Shown: positions 20,731-33,846 of the stretch, one piece after another | How the letters are laid out: every line of letters starts with the position of its first letter | How positions within the stretch are numbered: the first letter of the stretch is position 1 | Source: Styela clava | Lineage: Eukaryota | Reading direction: 5' to 3' | Assembly: GCF_964204865.1 (NCBI RefSeq) | Contig: NC_135254.1 | Span: forward strand, 13,454,001-13,518,000 | DNA length: 64,000 nt | Program-made: the position numbers and the translations under genes | Notes under the pieces: generated by a model | What the model was told of the DNA's origin: nothing | The model's database searches: none | The model's input: the letters and a program-made list of their open reading frames with translations, nothing else

Positions 20731-21552
20731 TAATTAACACCACATGGCAGAAATTTATGATACAATTTGGCAAGGAATCCGATGCAACAACTGAACCTAA
20801 TTTTGGTATATCATAGAATGTTGCTCGTGCTAACACCCATATATATATATTCCGACTGTGATTTTCACAGTCAAAAATAAATACTTTTACTTTAATAATT
20901 AGAATAAAACGCAGAATCATTCATTGGTTACGGTGAAAATAAACATTGCACCGAAAGTGCAATTCACGACGACGTAAGGGCCCGTTCACATATGTTCACA
21001 CTATTGCGTTGACGCACCTTAAAACCTTGTTTATTTAACTTAATCGTGCGTTGCTGCGTTAACGCATTGCGTCAACGCAGTGCGTTGTTGGAAGACAATT
21101 CTTTTTGCGTTGACGCTGCGTTGCCCGCCGTTTTTGAATTCTGATTCGGTGCTTTCGCCATTTTCGTCGTATGACTTCGGTATGTCCGGGAGTGATGATG
21201 GGTTGACAGTACGGTATTCATTGCACAGTTGGATGTATACAAGTTTATCCATACAACCAGAGTGGCGATACCGTTCGGTACCGTACGTGGTTCGTAAACT
21301 TACTTTGTACAGTGGACTAGATTATGCGCATAAACTAAAAGGGATCGTACGGTGCATACGGTACCGGTAACGGTAGAGTCTGACAATGGGCAGGTCCCAG
21401 GTTTAAGGTAAAGTACAGGCTACTGCTGCATCGTACTGTACCGGTATGCTGTGTATTCACATGTGTTATTTATTTTTCAGATTTTTCTTTAGAATACCGG
21501 TATACTTTAAAGGAAAATATTATGAGACCATATGGTGGGAACAACCTGAACT

Positions 21553-21910
21553 CAAAACAGAAAAAATACAACTACAGGTTGTCAAGAGCTCGCCGAATGG
21601 TAGAGAGTGTTTTTGGAATACTTTCCAACCAATGGAGAGTATTCCATAGGGTAATGCCTCTTCAGCCTACAAATGCTGATGGGGTGGTGAAGGCCACCTG
21701 TTGCCTCCACAACTTTTTGAGGGAAGGAGAAAATCAGCCAGAAAGAGTGCAAGAAGCTTCCTCAGAAGCTGACAACAATACATTACTGTGAAGTTTGTCA
21801 CAGATTGGGGGTCGTGCAACATCCCGGGCGATTGCTACAAGGGAATCGTACACTCGATTTTTTTAGTGGCCAAGGAGCTATTGGATGGCAAAATGACCAA
21901 GTTTGAAGGT
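21553..21910 (+). pseudogene. Harbinger (HARBI1-like DDE) transposase C-terminal remnant
   Basis: YNYRLSRARRMVESVFGILSNQWRVF..VVKATCCLHNFLR, then a frameshifted ..FFSGQGAIGWQ. The N-terminal part is missing. Confidence 0.88.
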
Positions 21911-21944
21911 GATCAGATCATTATACACTATTACGCAATAAACA

Positions 21945-22798
21945 TTAATAATATATCGAGGTTGAAGTTGCATATCTTGTTGCGTCATTGTGTGCCATAG
22001 AGGACTCTTCCAGCTTCTCTTGCACTTGCCCCTGATCTTGGATATCAGCCTCGTTTTCATATACAACGAGGGTGACATCTTCAGGCACACTGCTAGATGT
22101 TCTAAAATTAAGCAGGGGCCATATGTTACCTCATACTCATTACTTAGTAAGGCATCTTTGTTTTTCACAGGTCAATGATGATTACAGGATGAGAAAAGCA
22201 AGTTTTCAGTTTATTGTTATACATTGTTTCAAATAAAAGAGTTTTGTTTCTATGAAAGTGTCATTTCATTTTATTGACATATCAGTATACTTAGGGGAGT
22301 GTATGACATGGAATATTTTATGAAGTTTTATTCAGTCTTTGTAAAAATCAAAATAGGGCTTTTGTGGTAATGACATACGGTATAGGTAGAGTAAAAATGT
22401 TTTCCCCACCTCCTGCTTTCGCAGTACGAGTTTAAAAACTCTAAGCTACCCATAAACTCCCATTTTTTTTTACATCCACCCCTGCCCCACTCCTACTCTC
22501 AAACGCCTCCTCTCTTTTCTCTCTCCTGAACCTATCTTTCAACGACCTCCACCTCGTCTTGCATTCTTTCACTGTTAAAACAAGAATACCGGTACTGTTA
22601 TTTTCGGTTGCATTGGACTTAAAATGACTGTCCTCTCCAGTCCCCGAAGTGCGAGATAAACTTACCCCCTATTCCCATTTCCTCGCCAACCTCTATCCAC
22701 GCTTTTTCCTTCAAAATTTTGTTCCGGTAATCTACCGCCCCAACCGCCCACAAACAATCCTTCTCCCTAACCAACTCTATTAACTTCGCAACTTCCAT
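21945..22798 (-). pseudogene. Harbinger ORF2 MADF (Myb/SANT-like) DNA-binding protein, 3 exons, one frameshift
   Basis: Exons 22666-22798 (MEVAKLIELVREKDCLW..YRNKILKEKAW), 22410-22571 (VKECKTRWRSLKDRFRRE..SRSGAG..WEFMGSLEFL) and 21945-22101 (RTSSSVP..). Splice sites are intact; a 1-nt loss lies in the T-run at 22463-22471. Confidence 0.85.
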
Positions 22799-23730
22799 TT
22801 TTCGGGTTTGGGTAATTAATAATTGGTTAGATTTTCGATAGTTAAATTTATTTCGCAGATGACACGAAATTTCCCCGCCATTGTTACGTAACAAGTGAAC
22901 CGTAGCACGCTGCGTTAACGCATTCGAAGTATGAACACCCTCAACGCAATTGCGTTGGATTCCGTTCCCAACGCAACGCAAACTATGCGTCAGTGTGAAC
23001 GGGCCCTAACGCGTTTGATAAACTAAAATGTATGCGTCGTTCACAGCGAAATTTCACAGTTACGTGTAAGCCCGCTTCTCTTGCCTGACGGTGTTTGTTC
23101 AAACATAGACCATTAATCCGTAGTCAGTGGGTACCCGCATTTAGAAATAAAACATTGAAAATCGCGAAAATTAATTTTGAAGAGAACTATAACTTACAGA
23201 TGAAAGTAGCGTCATAATGGTTTATATCTACAAAAACACGCTCGCATGTAGCGCCGATCAAATTCATGAAATGTGAAAATATTACTTGAAATTTATTGTT
23301 AATGTAGCGGCCATGATTCTAAACAGTGACCGCTATTATTGTAACTAAACTGGCAACGGTAACTTAGGGCATTGAACCCTGATCATTTTGGTGTTGGCGG
23401 GAGCTCTTTCAGCGTGAGCCGCTTGTAGTTATTATTGGTCCCTCCTGTGTAATAACACTGTATTTTACCGGATTACTGTTTGACAACTATTTTATCATTA
23501 TTTGACTACTATTTTGACTCAACAATAAACATCTTTGGACAATCATTTCGAACTTTCAAAGGAACTCAGACAGTACCGCGTCATCAAAAATAAAGTGCCT
23601 GTTCGATCTATTTATTCCAATCACCCTAACGAGCACATCGCCATCGTATGGTGCTGAGCCGTTATAGTTAATGAAGTTGATTTTGAAGTCGCCGTGGCAA
23701 TAAATAACGTTTTTGGGGATTTTACTAGAG

Positions 23731-23993
23731 GACTGAAAACTCCGTAACAATGCGGCGTTTTTCATTTCATAATTTTGTCATAATCAAAGGCTGCAGTAAA
23801 TTTTTTGTCACCGCGATCGTTTCGGCGGCCGACAATTTAGTTAATGTTGTTAAACTATATAAGACTGAAAACTCCGTAACAATGCGGCGTTTTTTATTTC
23901 ATAATTTTGTCACAATCGAAGGCTGCAGTAAATTTTTTGTCACTCCGATCGTTTCGGCGGCCGACATTCCAATTAATGTTATTGAACTATATT
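23731..23993. repeat. Tandem duplication, 2 x about 131 bp
   Basis: GACTGAAAACTCCGTAACAATGCGGCG...TTCGGCGGCCGACA.. starts at 23731 and again at 23862. Confidence 0.9.
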
Positions 23994-25522
23994 AAAGCAC
24001 TTTTTATTCACTAACAAATATTAATTCTCACGCAACAGCGGATATCGTAGTTTGGTTTTTATATTTCGGACAGAATTGTGAGTTCACATCGGCGAAGATG
24101 TTAAAATGACAACTATTTATGGAGTGCATTCACAACACAAATTAATTTTATTCTGATTTTCATCTTCTGTGTAGGATTTGTACCACAGTTTGTAAATTAC
24201 GGTCCCAATTTTCAAGCGAACAATGTTATTATTACTGACACGGGGATGCGATATTTGTGAAGCGGGTCCGTGTGTGTGTCCGTGTTAATTTCGTATTAAA
24301 TCGGCAATCTCTTGATTACTCAGTGTAGAGTATTGACGTAACTCATCTTTGGGTTAAAACACTGATACTAAACACGTGAATAAATCGGCAATAATAGCAT
24401 TTCCACGTGGTCGAAATGATAATTATGTTGAGAAATTTTCATAAAATACATTATTTACTTATCTGTTTCAACGTTTCTGAATTTACAAAAACGGTGTTGA
24501 CACAGTTTATGCAAACTCGTTTCTCATTTATCGTTTCTACCTGTTAGTGATAGCCGTCGGTTAATTCTTACCCGTAACTCGTTGTAAATTAATGTTAATA
24601 AAATCTATTTTGCTTTTCAATGCGCTGTGATTTGTATTAATAAAAGTGATTGAGTCAAAGTGCTTGAATTAGCTTATAACCTTCTCTCCCTTTGAGCGCC
24701 CATAGCGGCGGTTAAACTCGTTTCATGTCTGTTTTCCGGAGGGAAAGGAAAATACGCTTTCCGGAATTACAATCAACAATTACACATTCTTATTTATCAT
24801 TATCAGCGCGGAATGAAAAAGATAACATATCGTGAAAACGATAAAGGGCCGGCAGTGTTAATCGCGTTACGGTGATAACGCACAAAATAATATCGTATTG
24901 ACCGCGAAACTATGATGCGCGATCGTAAAACTGCGCTGTTGCGTTTTTGTAGACGGAATTTCACATCGAAAATTTTCTCAAACGGCGGGGTCACGACCCA
25001 TGTACCCCCCCCCCCCCCCAGCTGGCTGGTTATACAACTAGGCCACTAAATGGGTTGGAATTAACAACATGAGTACTCGTATTTTTGATCTGATGGCACG
25101 TGCTGCATTTTTCTCTCCGGTCCCGATAGCTAGCTTACCAAATGTGAAAAAGAGTCTAATGAGCATGACACCTTTTGAAATAACTATCCCGAATACATGT
25201 ACGACCTACGTACTATACCGTGATACCGCCACAGAAGGCATTGCAGATCCCAATAATACAATGTGTCTTGCAGCATATATATGTATAAAAGTATATTCAA
25301 TAGTTTATGAGTTGTAATCGTGTAAACATTACAATTATACAAGTATCGTAATTTATACATTACGCAATTTTTTGCCCAAAAAGCAAAAATTATTGTTACA
25401 TTAATGTAATTTACTATATTCTATAGTAAATGAAATACATTTTGTTCTCATTTTTGCCCGAATCTGTTCGTCTATCGTTTGTATTCACATTATCATTTTA
25501 TCAAGACACTGGATTATTTTCC

Positions 25523-28500
25523 TCATCGTGGAGGAGACTCCAGCGATTTTTCACACAAAGCACTCTTTGCTTTAGAGAAAGGAGACGTATTGAACATTCC
25601 ACTTTCCATTTCAACATCCCTGTTAACTTGAATCTGGATTTGACTGTTGCCAGACGCCGGTGAAGGAAATCTCGTGGAATACCATTTTACGAATCGTGAC
25701 CTCGTGCCATCCGATTTGTTTACGCCGTTGCCCTGCAAAGATAAATAACAGTGCAAGTCCTACATATATATAATAATTCAGTTTGTTCGTATACAGTAAA
25801 TCTATTCGAGACACACAAATAGTTCTGTCTCTTAAATATTCAAAATGTGTAAACCATTAAAACAAGGTCAGTTATTATGCGTTCAGATTACGAAGGGATA
25901 TAAATATCACAAAAATCAAAATATTTAATTTTCACATAACATTTTCCATCGGCTTTGCGGTCATTGTTTATAAACCACAAGGATTTGAAATAGTCTGAAT
26001 GTAGACAAAACTAGGATCAGTCTAAGATTAAAGACTATGGTTTGGCTGAAATCCGATTATCATGTAAAATATTCCATAATCATCCACGCCGTAAGACTTA
26101 ATCGAGGCGCTGTTCGTTGATGATTTGAAAAACAGTACATCGTACAAAGGTTGTAGAAAGTATTTCCAATATTATATTTCCTTGCACTGCAGCACATAAT
26201 GTTCAAGTTTGAGTGCAGTTATAGCCCCCTACGTACGTACGTTTGAATAGTTATATGGAGTTTTTTGTGGCGAAAATCCACCAGAAAAGTCTGTTAATAA
26301 CTTGAAAGCTTCGGAAAGGATTGCCAATTTGTGACGAATTGTGTGGCGTGCATTGTCTCTTTGATACGCATTGATTGAGCTTGAATGCCGCAAAGATATC
26401 ACAGCATTACCAATCAATCACCACGTTGCTTATTTTTGGTTGCAATTGTCAGTTTAATTTGTACGTTGAAACTAAAGCTGGTCTTTGGTTGCAGTTAGAT
26501 GAAAACGGAATTCTGCATGAATGACCATTGACAACCATCAACAAGATTACGAACGTGATTAATTGTGGTTTTTGTGGTATGTCAAATTGAAAAACATTTA
26601 AAAAATAAAAAAATAAAAAGTTCTTGAGCATGAAAACAAAATTGTTTCGTTTCACAAAAACAAAAATTAGGTTACCTGAACCATTTTGTTGAGTCTGTTT
26701 TTGTAACTCACTTAAAACTTAGCCGTTTAATAAAATTGTTTCAAGAGAAATGTGATGGAAAAAGATCAGAACATTGTTCGAAAAAGTCTTTTATTGCGTC
26801 AAAAACAGTCTATGATGAGTAATCAAGATTAAATTTGTTTATCTCATTGTTACCTGTTTTCGATACGTCATTCCTACGATGAAATATACAAATTCTATTT
26901 CTTCTGTCATCGATTCTCGCAAATAGGCTTCTAATTTCTCCAAATGAGATTCATCGTAAATGTCAGCAAGTCTACCGCCCATTTTTTTGCAGTTATTTCT
27001 GGCTTCTCTTTCATCAATCATTCCTCTGTCCTTTTTGGTGAACATGAAGCATCGATTGTTGTATTCAACATGACAGAAAGTTTGGAGTTTCGCTGGTACT
27101 GTTCAACAAAATTAATGAAAGGTGCTATTATAAATGAACATTTACTAATCGAATATCTTATACTAATATACTAATTGAATGTCTTTCTAAAAAAATATGA
27201 TAACAAGTTATTAATAAGATTGGTCGGATGACAATTGCATTTTGTTTAATTTAAAGCACGCAAAGAACACGTAAACCTAACGCTTAAAGTGGAAAAACAA
27301 ACTTTACTACTTGGTTACTGCTAATACCTCTAATTTACAATTATCGCTTGAAATAGTCTTACATAGCTTAAACGAGAAAACCACTATCACGCTTAAAAGA
27401 TGTCATTTTTATTCAGTTTACAGACACATGTCATGAATCTCTAATATGATGTGGGTTGACCTTTAATGATCGAATTTTTGAGCTTGTTATTTAGCCAGAT
27501 CAATCCATTATGCGATTGAATTTCGACACCACAAATGGTGTTGAAATCCATTTAAAGTCGCCGAAGGCGTTTTATTACCACATCCGAAAAATGGTAAAAT
27601 GTATTTGAAATACACGGTTATTACTCGTTTATCCCCAGCAACCGGTCATAATATTTAAATGAGCATGACTACATGTTAGGAAAATTGGGTTAGTGGAATA
27701 TGCCAGAATTTACAGTGAATCATGCATTTATGACATTGAATCACAAGTTTGGTTTTATGTTTCTACTTAACGAATATGAGCAATGCACCAAATATTTTAA
27801 TATAGTTTGAAGACAATGAATAATGCTTTTATCTTGCATTACTTAATACCAATGATGGTAGGTGGGTGGAAATTATGTCATAATTGCCACATAATTTAAT
27901 GCACGGATGTATTATGAAAAATTTCCCAATGATGTATGGTCAAAAATCATAATTCCATTGCACAGAGAATCTTTTGCCAAAAGTAATTTTGGTAATATAT
28001 ACTAAAATTTTTCACATGACATATATATCAAATTGTTTTTTAACTTAACATGCTGTGCGAATCAAAAAGCAAATATTCTGTTAGAACATTTTTTCTAGTT
28101 TTATTTACTTTAATTCTCATATACTTGATGACATAAAAATCTTAACCAGAAGAGAACCAATGTTGCATAATTTTTGATTGCTGGCTATTCCCGATTAAGG
28201 CTAGTTAGTCTGTATACTATTCGTTTATTTATTATGTGTTAAAGACAGTAATGATACCGGCGCCGGCGTCGAAATATTAAAACCGCAGTTTCAAAGATTA
28301 AAGAATTTACTATATACGCGTAAATAAACAATCAAGTTTACATCATAACATTTCATGAAATATCTTATTACAACTTTTATATATAAAAATATTCAACTGA
28401 AATGACTTTGGTGTCAAAGGTTAAACATAATTGGCAAATAAACGTGAACAGGAATAAAAATCTGTTTTGACAAATAAGCGTAGTTTCCTGTAATATTTCT

Positions 28501-29378
28501 GGATGCTCTGGTGGTTAGCGAAAGTTTTTTTAACCTTCGTCGCCTCTTGGCTGTAGGTATGGTGGAAATGATATATATTATATAGGATGTGCCGGTAAGT
28601 TACCAGACTGCCCAACTCAAGTAATGTCGTAAGCCTGAGTTGAGTTGTTTGAACAGGTTAGGATATAATATATATATGACTTACCGTCGTCTTTTCTATC
28701 TGAGACTTCGGTTATCGATTCCAAAAACTCAATTCTGTCTGCAAAAAATATAACATACATATATAAAGATTATGCTGATATAAGCTCCCACGCATGCTAT
28801 CATTATTACGAAGGTGATGTTGATTTGGGTGTGTTACCATCTTGGGACTGGTATTCGCGTGGTTGTGTAAAACTTGCTGAATCGGATTTGTAATTTCGTT
28901 AAACAGATATGTCAGTAAATTATATCATACAATTATTTATCGTATCTTGTTTCATATAATAAAATATATGAAAGATTTCTGGGAATTAAATAATCAAAAA
29001 TTCCAAACTGTAGTATCAAGCAGGAGCAATCTTTTGTTCTATTTTAGCCTATACTATAAAGCAATACAAAAATATCATACCTTCGAGTGCTTTCAGTCTT
29101 TCTTCAATTTTGTCATCCAAGCTTTCAACGGGTGATGGCTTGGGCCTTCCTTTAGAAATGTTGGGACCGGATTTAGGTCTTCCGTTTCCATTGACTCGAG
29201 TGACTCGATCTTTGTTGATGTTGTTTCTGTTTTTATTATTGTTATTTTGTGTTCGTCCTGAACCTGGTACAACCATTTTGAAGTTAGAGTCAAGCCTCTT
29301 GCAAAGAAACATTCCATCATCTTGACATAAAACTACCGGTAAAATAGCGACAAAAACCAATAAAACTATTTGATTCAT
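25523..29378 (-). CDS. Secreted C-type lectin-domain protein, 268 aa, 4 exons
   Basis: Exons 29081-29378, 28685-28738, 26854-27098, 25523-25732. Signal peptide MNQIVLLVFVAILPVVLC, Asn/Gly/Pro/basic linker, coiled-coil neck (LDDKIEERLKALEDRIEFLE), and CTLD (CHVEYNNRCF..EARNNCKKMGGRLADI..FIVGM..W..ALCEK). Confidence 0.85.
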
Positions 29379-32300
29379 TGTGATTTAATTTAATTGTAAA
29401 TGTAAAACTATAACCTGAAACAGGAGCATTCCAAAGTTACTATTGGAAACTATTGGAAGAAAAATATTTAGAGTGAATGGCTCTGAATCCTCGTTATTGT
29501 CTACTACGATACAACACTACCTGAAGTTCAACACCAAAATCTTTCATAACATTTACTAACAAGACGGATGAAATTGATAATTCCGATTAAACGTGCGTCA
29601 TGAGGCTTCCGCGGTGGTGGTTCGCTATATGACACGCAGTGAGCGGTGGCGAATCTTATATTCATCAAAATCATCGGAATTCGCCTTTTTTCAGGTTTTT
29701 TCTGGGACTTAAGTTTACAGATTATATGAAAGCGATTAGCGAAAAACCTTGTTCTATTGTTTCAACCATAAACAGAAAAATAATGAGTAACGCGATGGAA
29801 AAATTAAAAATATTTTTTCGCCTGAATCATCCGAATTTGTTTTCTGAGAAATTGATCATGTTACTTGAACCTCAATATATATAATCGCATATCCATCGAC
29901 ATGTCACTTGTCTGCCTAAGCAAATACTATCCTATATAAACATGCACGTGAAATAAGGTTGTGACCATTTTAAATTGTAGTGTAATTTCTTCAAAGAATC
30001 TTATAGTAGTGAAAGTCGCTGTAAATTATTCGCAATGTTATAGCGAAAAAAGACGCCATTTTGTTTAAATCTTAGCGATAAAATAATTTGATAAAATATC
30101 ACTCTAAAGAAAGCTTTTAAAGTATCATCGTGCGTCTCGTCAACAAAGATAGAATTTGAATTTTAGCCTACTTAGGTATAAACTTTCACAATTAAATGAT
30201 CAGATTCAGCAGGTCTTGTTTTGATCACCACCACTTAAATGTCATTGGGCGACAATTAGGCTAAAACGTTATTTTGCATTGTTTTCACTTACTAGTTCTG
30301 AAATATCGTTTGAAGACACTTTTTATGCTCCCAACTTACAAATGTCGTCTGCCATATTTCGTCAAAAAGGGCACGCATTTTGATGTAACTCTAAATTCGG
30401 GACGTCATTGAAACATGTCAAGAATGATTCCCGACATATGTCATAACAGAAATTTTAAATGGTGACTGCGCTCTTATTAAAAATATGCTCAACTAGGAGA
30501 TAACAACAACGCATAAAAAGTTGACTAATCGTTTCTAAGCCAAACTACAGAATAAAACATGCAGGCATATTTTTTTTATATAAAGCGGAAGACGGAAGTT
30601 GTCTAGATTGAAATCGATACCAAATTCTACCGGAAGTTGGCTTCAGGTAGCCTTGTAAATGATAGTGTATCGTTTCGGTTTGTGATACCGATATGTGAAC
30701 GCTTTAAATAAAAGTGGTTTTCATATACCGTAATGATCATTTTCTCGTTTGGTAATTATCTCGTGAGCCTTCACTTTATTTTTAAACTTGTGTATGTAAA
30801 CTGCTCTAGATGATTGATGTAAGGACAAAGTTATGTTATGATAACCTATGACTAATTCTTGCTTGATTACGCCATTCAAAAGATTTTATTATTCCTTTCT
30901 CATTGTAAAAAAATTATAAAAATTAGGATACACTTTTAAGGCTTATGCTATTCAAGTTTTTCATCCAATCATCCGTTTTATACAAACGTTCATTTTTGTA
31001 GCTGTCTCGGTGTGTATTTCTATTTTAATTGAAACCGTTTGCGTATCTAAACATATGCAATATATGGGATGAAGTTAAATGGGTTTATATGCAAAACACC
31101 CATTATAACACGTATTCGTGCAAATATGGACGAATATTCAATTTGTCGTTCTTTTCGAAATCCGCCATATACGTCACTACGTGTTTTGGAACAGAAACGT
31201 ATACAATTTGATGCGTGGACTTCTGACGTACCGTCGTTCATATATATTGTTCGAACAATATGTGGTGTCCAAAACTCGTGCTAAAATAACATTACATTGC
31301 CGTTAACCGGAAATGTGAGATGATTCCGTTTTTTGTTAGAGGGTGAATGCATATTTGCCTGGGAATTGGTGGATATGCTGGTCGTGGAACAGTTTAAAAA
31401 ATTGTCTAGCAATATACTTGATCCGCATCGAAATCTTACAAAAATAAGTCAAGAAGAATTTTCCTATTTGCTTCAGTGTAAATAAGTTCACCATTATTGA
31501 TTTAATGTTTACGTTAATGGTTTAATGAGTACAAAACAAGATGAGTCCATTATCAGTTAAGTTTTGAATGTGCATTAAAGAGATTGTCTATCTTTTGTCG
31601 CTGTGACAACGAGAGATTAGCTAAATTCTCAATGCTCTCTGTACGGTTTCAAGTTTGGAACTTCTAAACTAAATCATTCACTTCTGTCTTATTACTTTCT
31701 TAATGACTTTAAACAGCATTGCTATAACCATTGTTTGACCTAATTATTTATAGAAATTTTTTTTAAATATAAAATAAAAAGACAATTCAATAGAGAATGT
31801 ACCTGCCCTTTATTTCACAAAATGAATGAACGTTGCATCTTTCCATAAATAAAACTATATATAAATATTTATATATAATATACTGTTAACGATTATGAGC
31901 ACTGCAGACTTTTAAATTATTTAAAGTCACGATTTCTGTTAAACTACTTTATTCATCTCTTCTTATGTGTGTTTATTTAGAATATTCGAGACTTGTGCAA
32001 AAAAATACCTCAACGTTCTTTTCAGATATCATTGGTTGCGTGATACCAACGAAGAATACACATATGCCCAAGGGCCTACTATTAAATTTAATATTGTGTT
32101 ATTTGTATATCATATTACTACTATAAACCATATTTACGCCGTAATAGCGTTTGGATAGGAATGTTATATGTGTGTTCGTGTGACCAAAGTAAGTTCAAAA
32201 ACGTAAGCCAATTTAGTTATTATAAAGAATAAATAAATGTTTTTTTTTCAATATTTTCATAATTAAGACAGCCTATCTATTATACACAGAAACATGAATT

Positions 32301-33642
32301 TACTTCTGTCAAGCATTTGCTAACATGTGCAATTTCATTTTTCTCCATTGCCATTTTCATCCTTCAAAATTTAAGTTTCGTTTATTTGCATTTTATTATT
32401 ATATGCATGTTATCAGTCTTTAAATAGGTTTCAATTTCATCAAAACAAAAAAATCTAATTTCTTACTGAAGGTTAAAACAGTTCGAAGTTATTCAAAAAC
32501 AAATCGGTGATTGACACGATTGATTCAAGATTAAGACGCATGAGATTGACAAACAACAAATCATTCTTATCAGTATTACTAGGAAACGGGGAACTTTAAT
32601 TGTTTAAATATGTTTCCCAATATCTCGCATTGAGAATAGTATTGTTTAAATTTAAACGTGTTTTGTTCATATTAAATAGGGTATAAAATTGACTTTATAG
32701 TTAGACAAATAATTTAAAGTGCTGACTTGTTGAGCTGAATGAGTACGTCAGTTAATAGAAAAATATCCATATACATTCTCAAAACTCCGAAATTTATAAA
32801 CTGAAAATGAACCCAATACAATATCGAAGCGAATGAATATGTTTAAGCGCGAACTCACGACATGTTAGATCAGTGTTCCCAACCACCGGTCCGCGAGAAA
32901 TTTCGATTTGTTCTTTTGCTGTCGCTTAAATCAATTTATCGAAGCCGAAAAGACGAAGAAGTCACGTTGTTTCATTATATACACAATTTTTTTTCCACCA
33001 TCATATTGCTGTTTGATAAGTGCGATGTTAATGGCCCGGTGACGTCTTGGGAGCAGGTAATCACAATTTTCGCTTCCGACTCATCGCGAAAGCGCTCCGT
33101 CAAATCTCGCAAGATTCTAATAGGCCTACTTGAAAATCAACATGCGTAATCTTTCCGTTCTGTATTCTTTTCTTGATTATTATTACCATCCAAATAAAAG
33201 GTTATAAATAATTTTGTGTTTAAACCCGAAACCAGTAAAGAACAGTTTAATATTCCAAGCTTCGCCTTGACATCCAGCAAGATTGTTTTATTACGCAAAT
33301 ATATGTTATTATTTTCAGTTCTACTCATTTCAATTTTAATTAAATTATTTTATTATTTTTATTATTTTTATTAAATGACCCGTCACATTGCTGTGGTCAA
33401 ATCAGGTTGATTGTTACAATAATTAATATAGTGCCATTCCCAGTTCCCATATAAGTGTGATTAGTACAAGAATAGCAGGACAAAATGTGATTGATGTTGC
33501 TTACTGATGAGCGCCGTTTTATAGAGGACTTGCACAGGTGACGTGACCTTGTTTACTTGGACGTCAAAAAACAAAAACGTTCATTTGGCTCCTGTCAGTT
33601 GCAAGTCGGATTATACGTTTCCGTTTTGTTTGGCTGTTGAAA

Positions 33643-33846
33643 ATGGTTATTTCGTATTGTTCCGCTGGCTGTACGTATAGTATAACTATAGACAACGAAA
33701 TGGATCTTCAGTTATATTCCATTGTTTTCAAAAAATCCGGAACGTCGCGCAATGTTGATATCATCTATTGGCAGGACTGCTTGGTGTCAAGTCCAGAAGC
33801 CATCTCACTTGTGTTTCACTGTTTGCGGACAGCACTTCGTTGATGG
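33643..33846 (+). pseudogene. Decayed THAP (C2CH) zinc-finger exon, probably from a DNA transposon
   Basis: Across two frameshifts it reads MVISYCSAGCT / RQRNGSSVIFHCF(P) / KNPERRAMLISSIGRTAW..KPS..TVCGQHFVDG. This fits the THAP pattern CxxxC..FxxFP..R..W..P..CxxHF, and a G|gt donor follows. Confidence 0.7.

Larger units (their letters stand above)
20978..23006. mobile_element. Internally deleted PIF/Harbinger DNA transposon (2029 bp)
   Basis: TIR GGGCCCGTTCACA / TGTGAACGGGCCC, TAA target duplication (20975-20977 and 23007-23009), subterminal TGCGTT/AACGCA repeats, and convergent transposase remnant and MADF gene. Confidence 0.93.
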
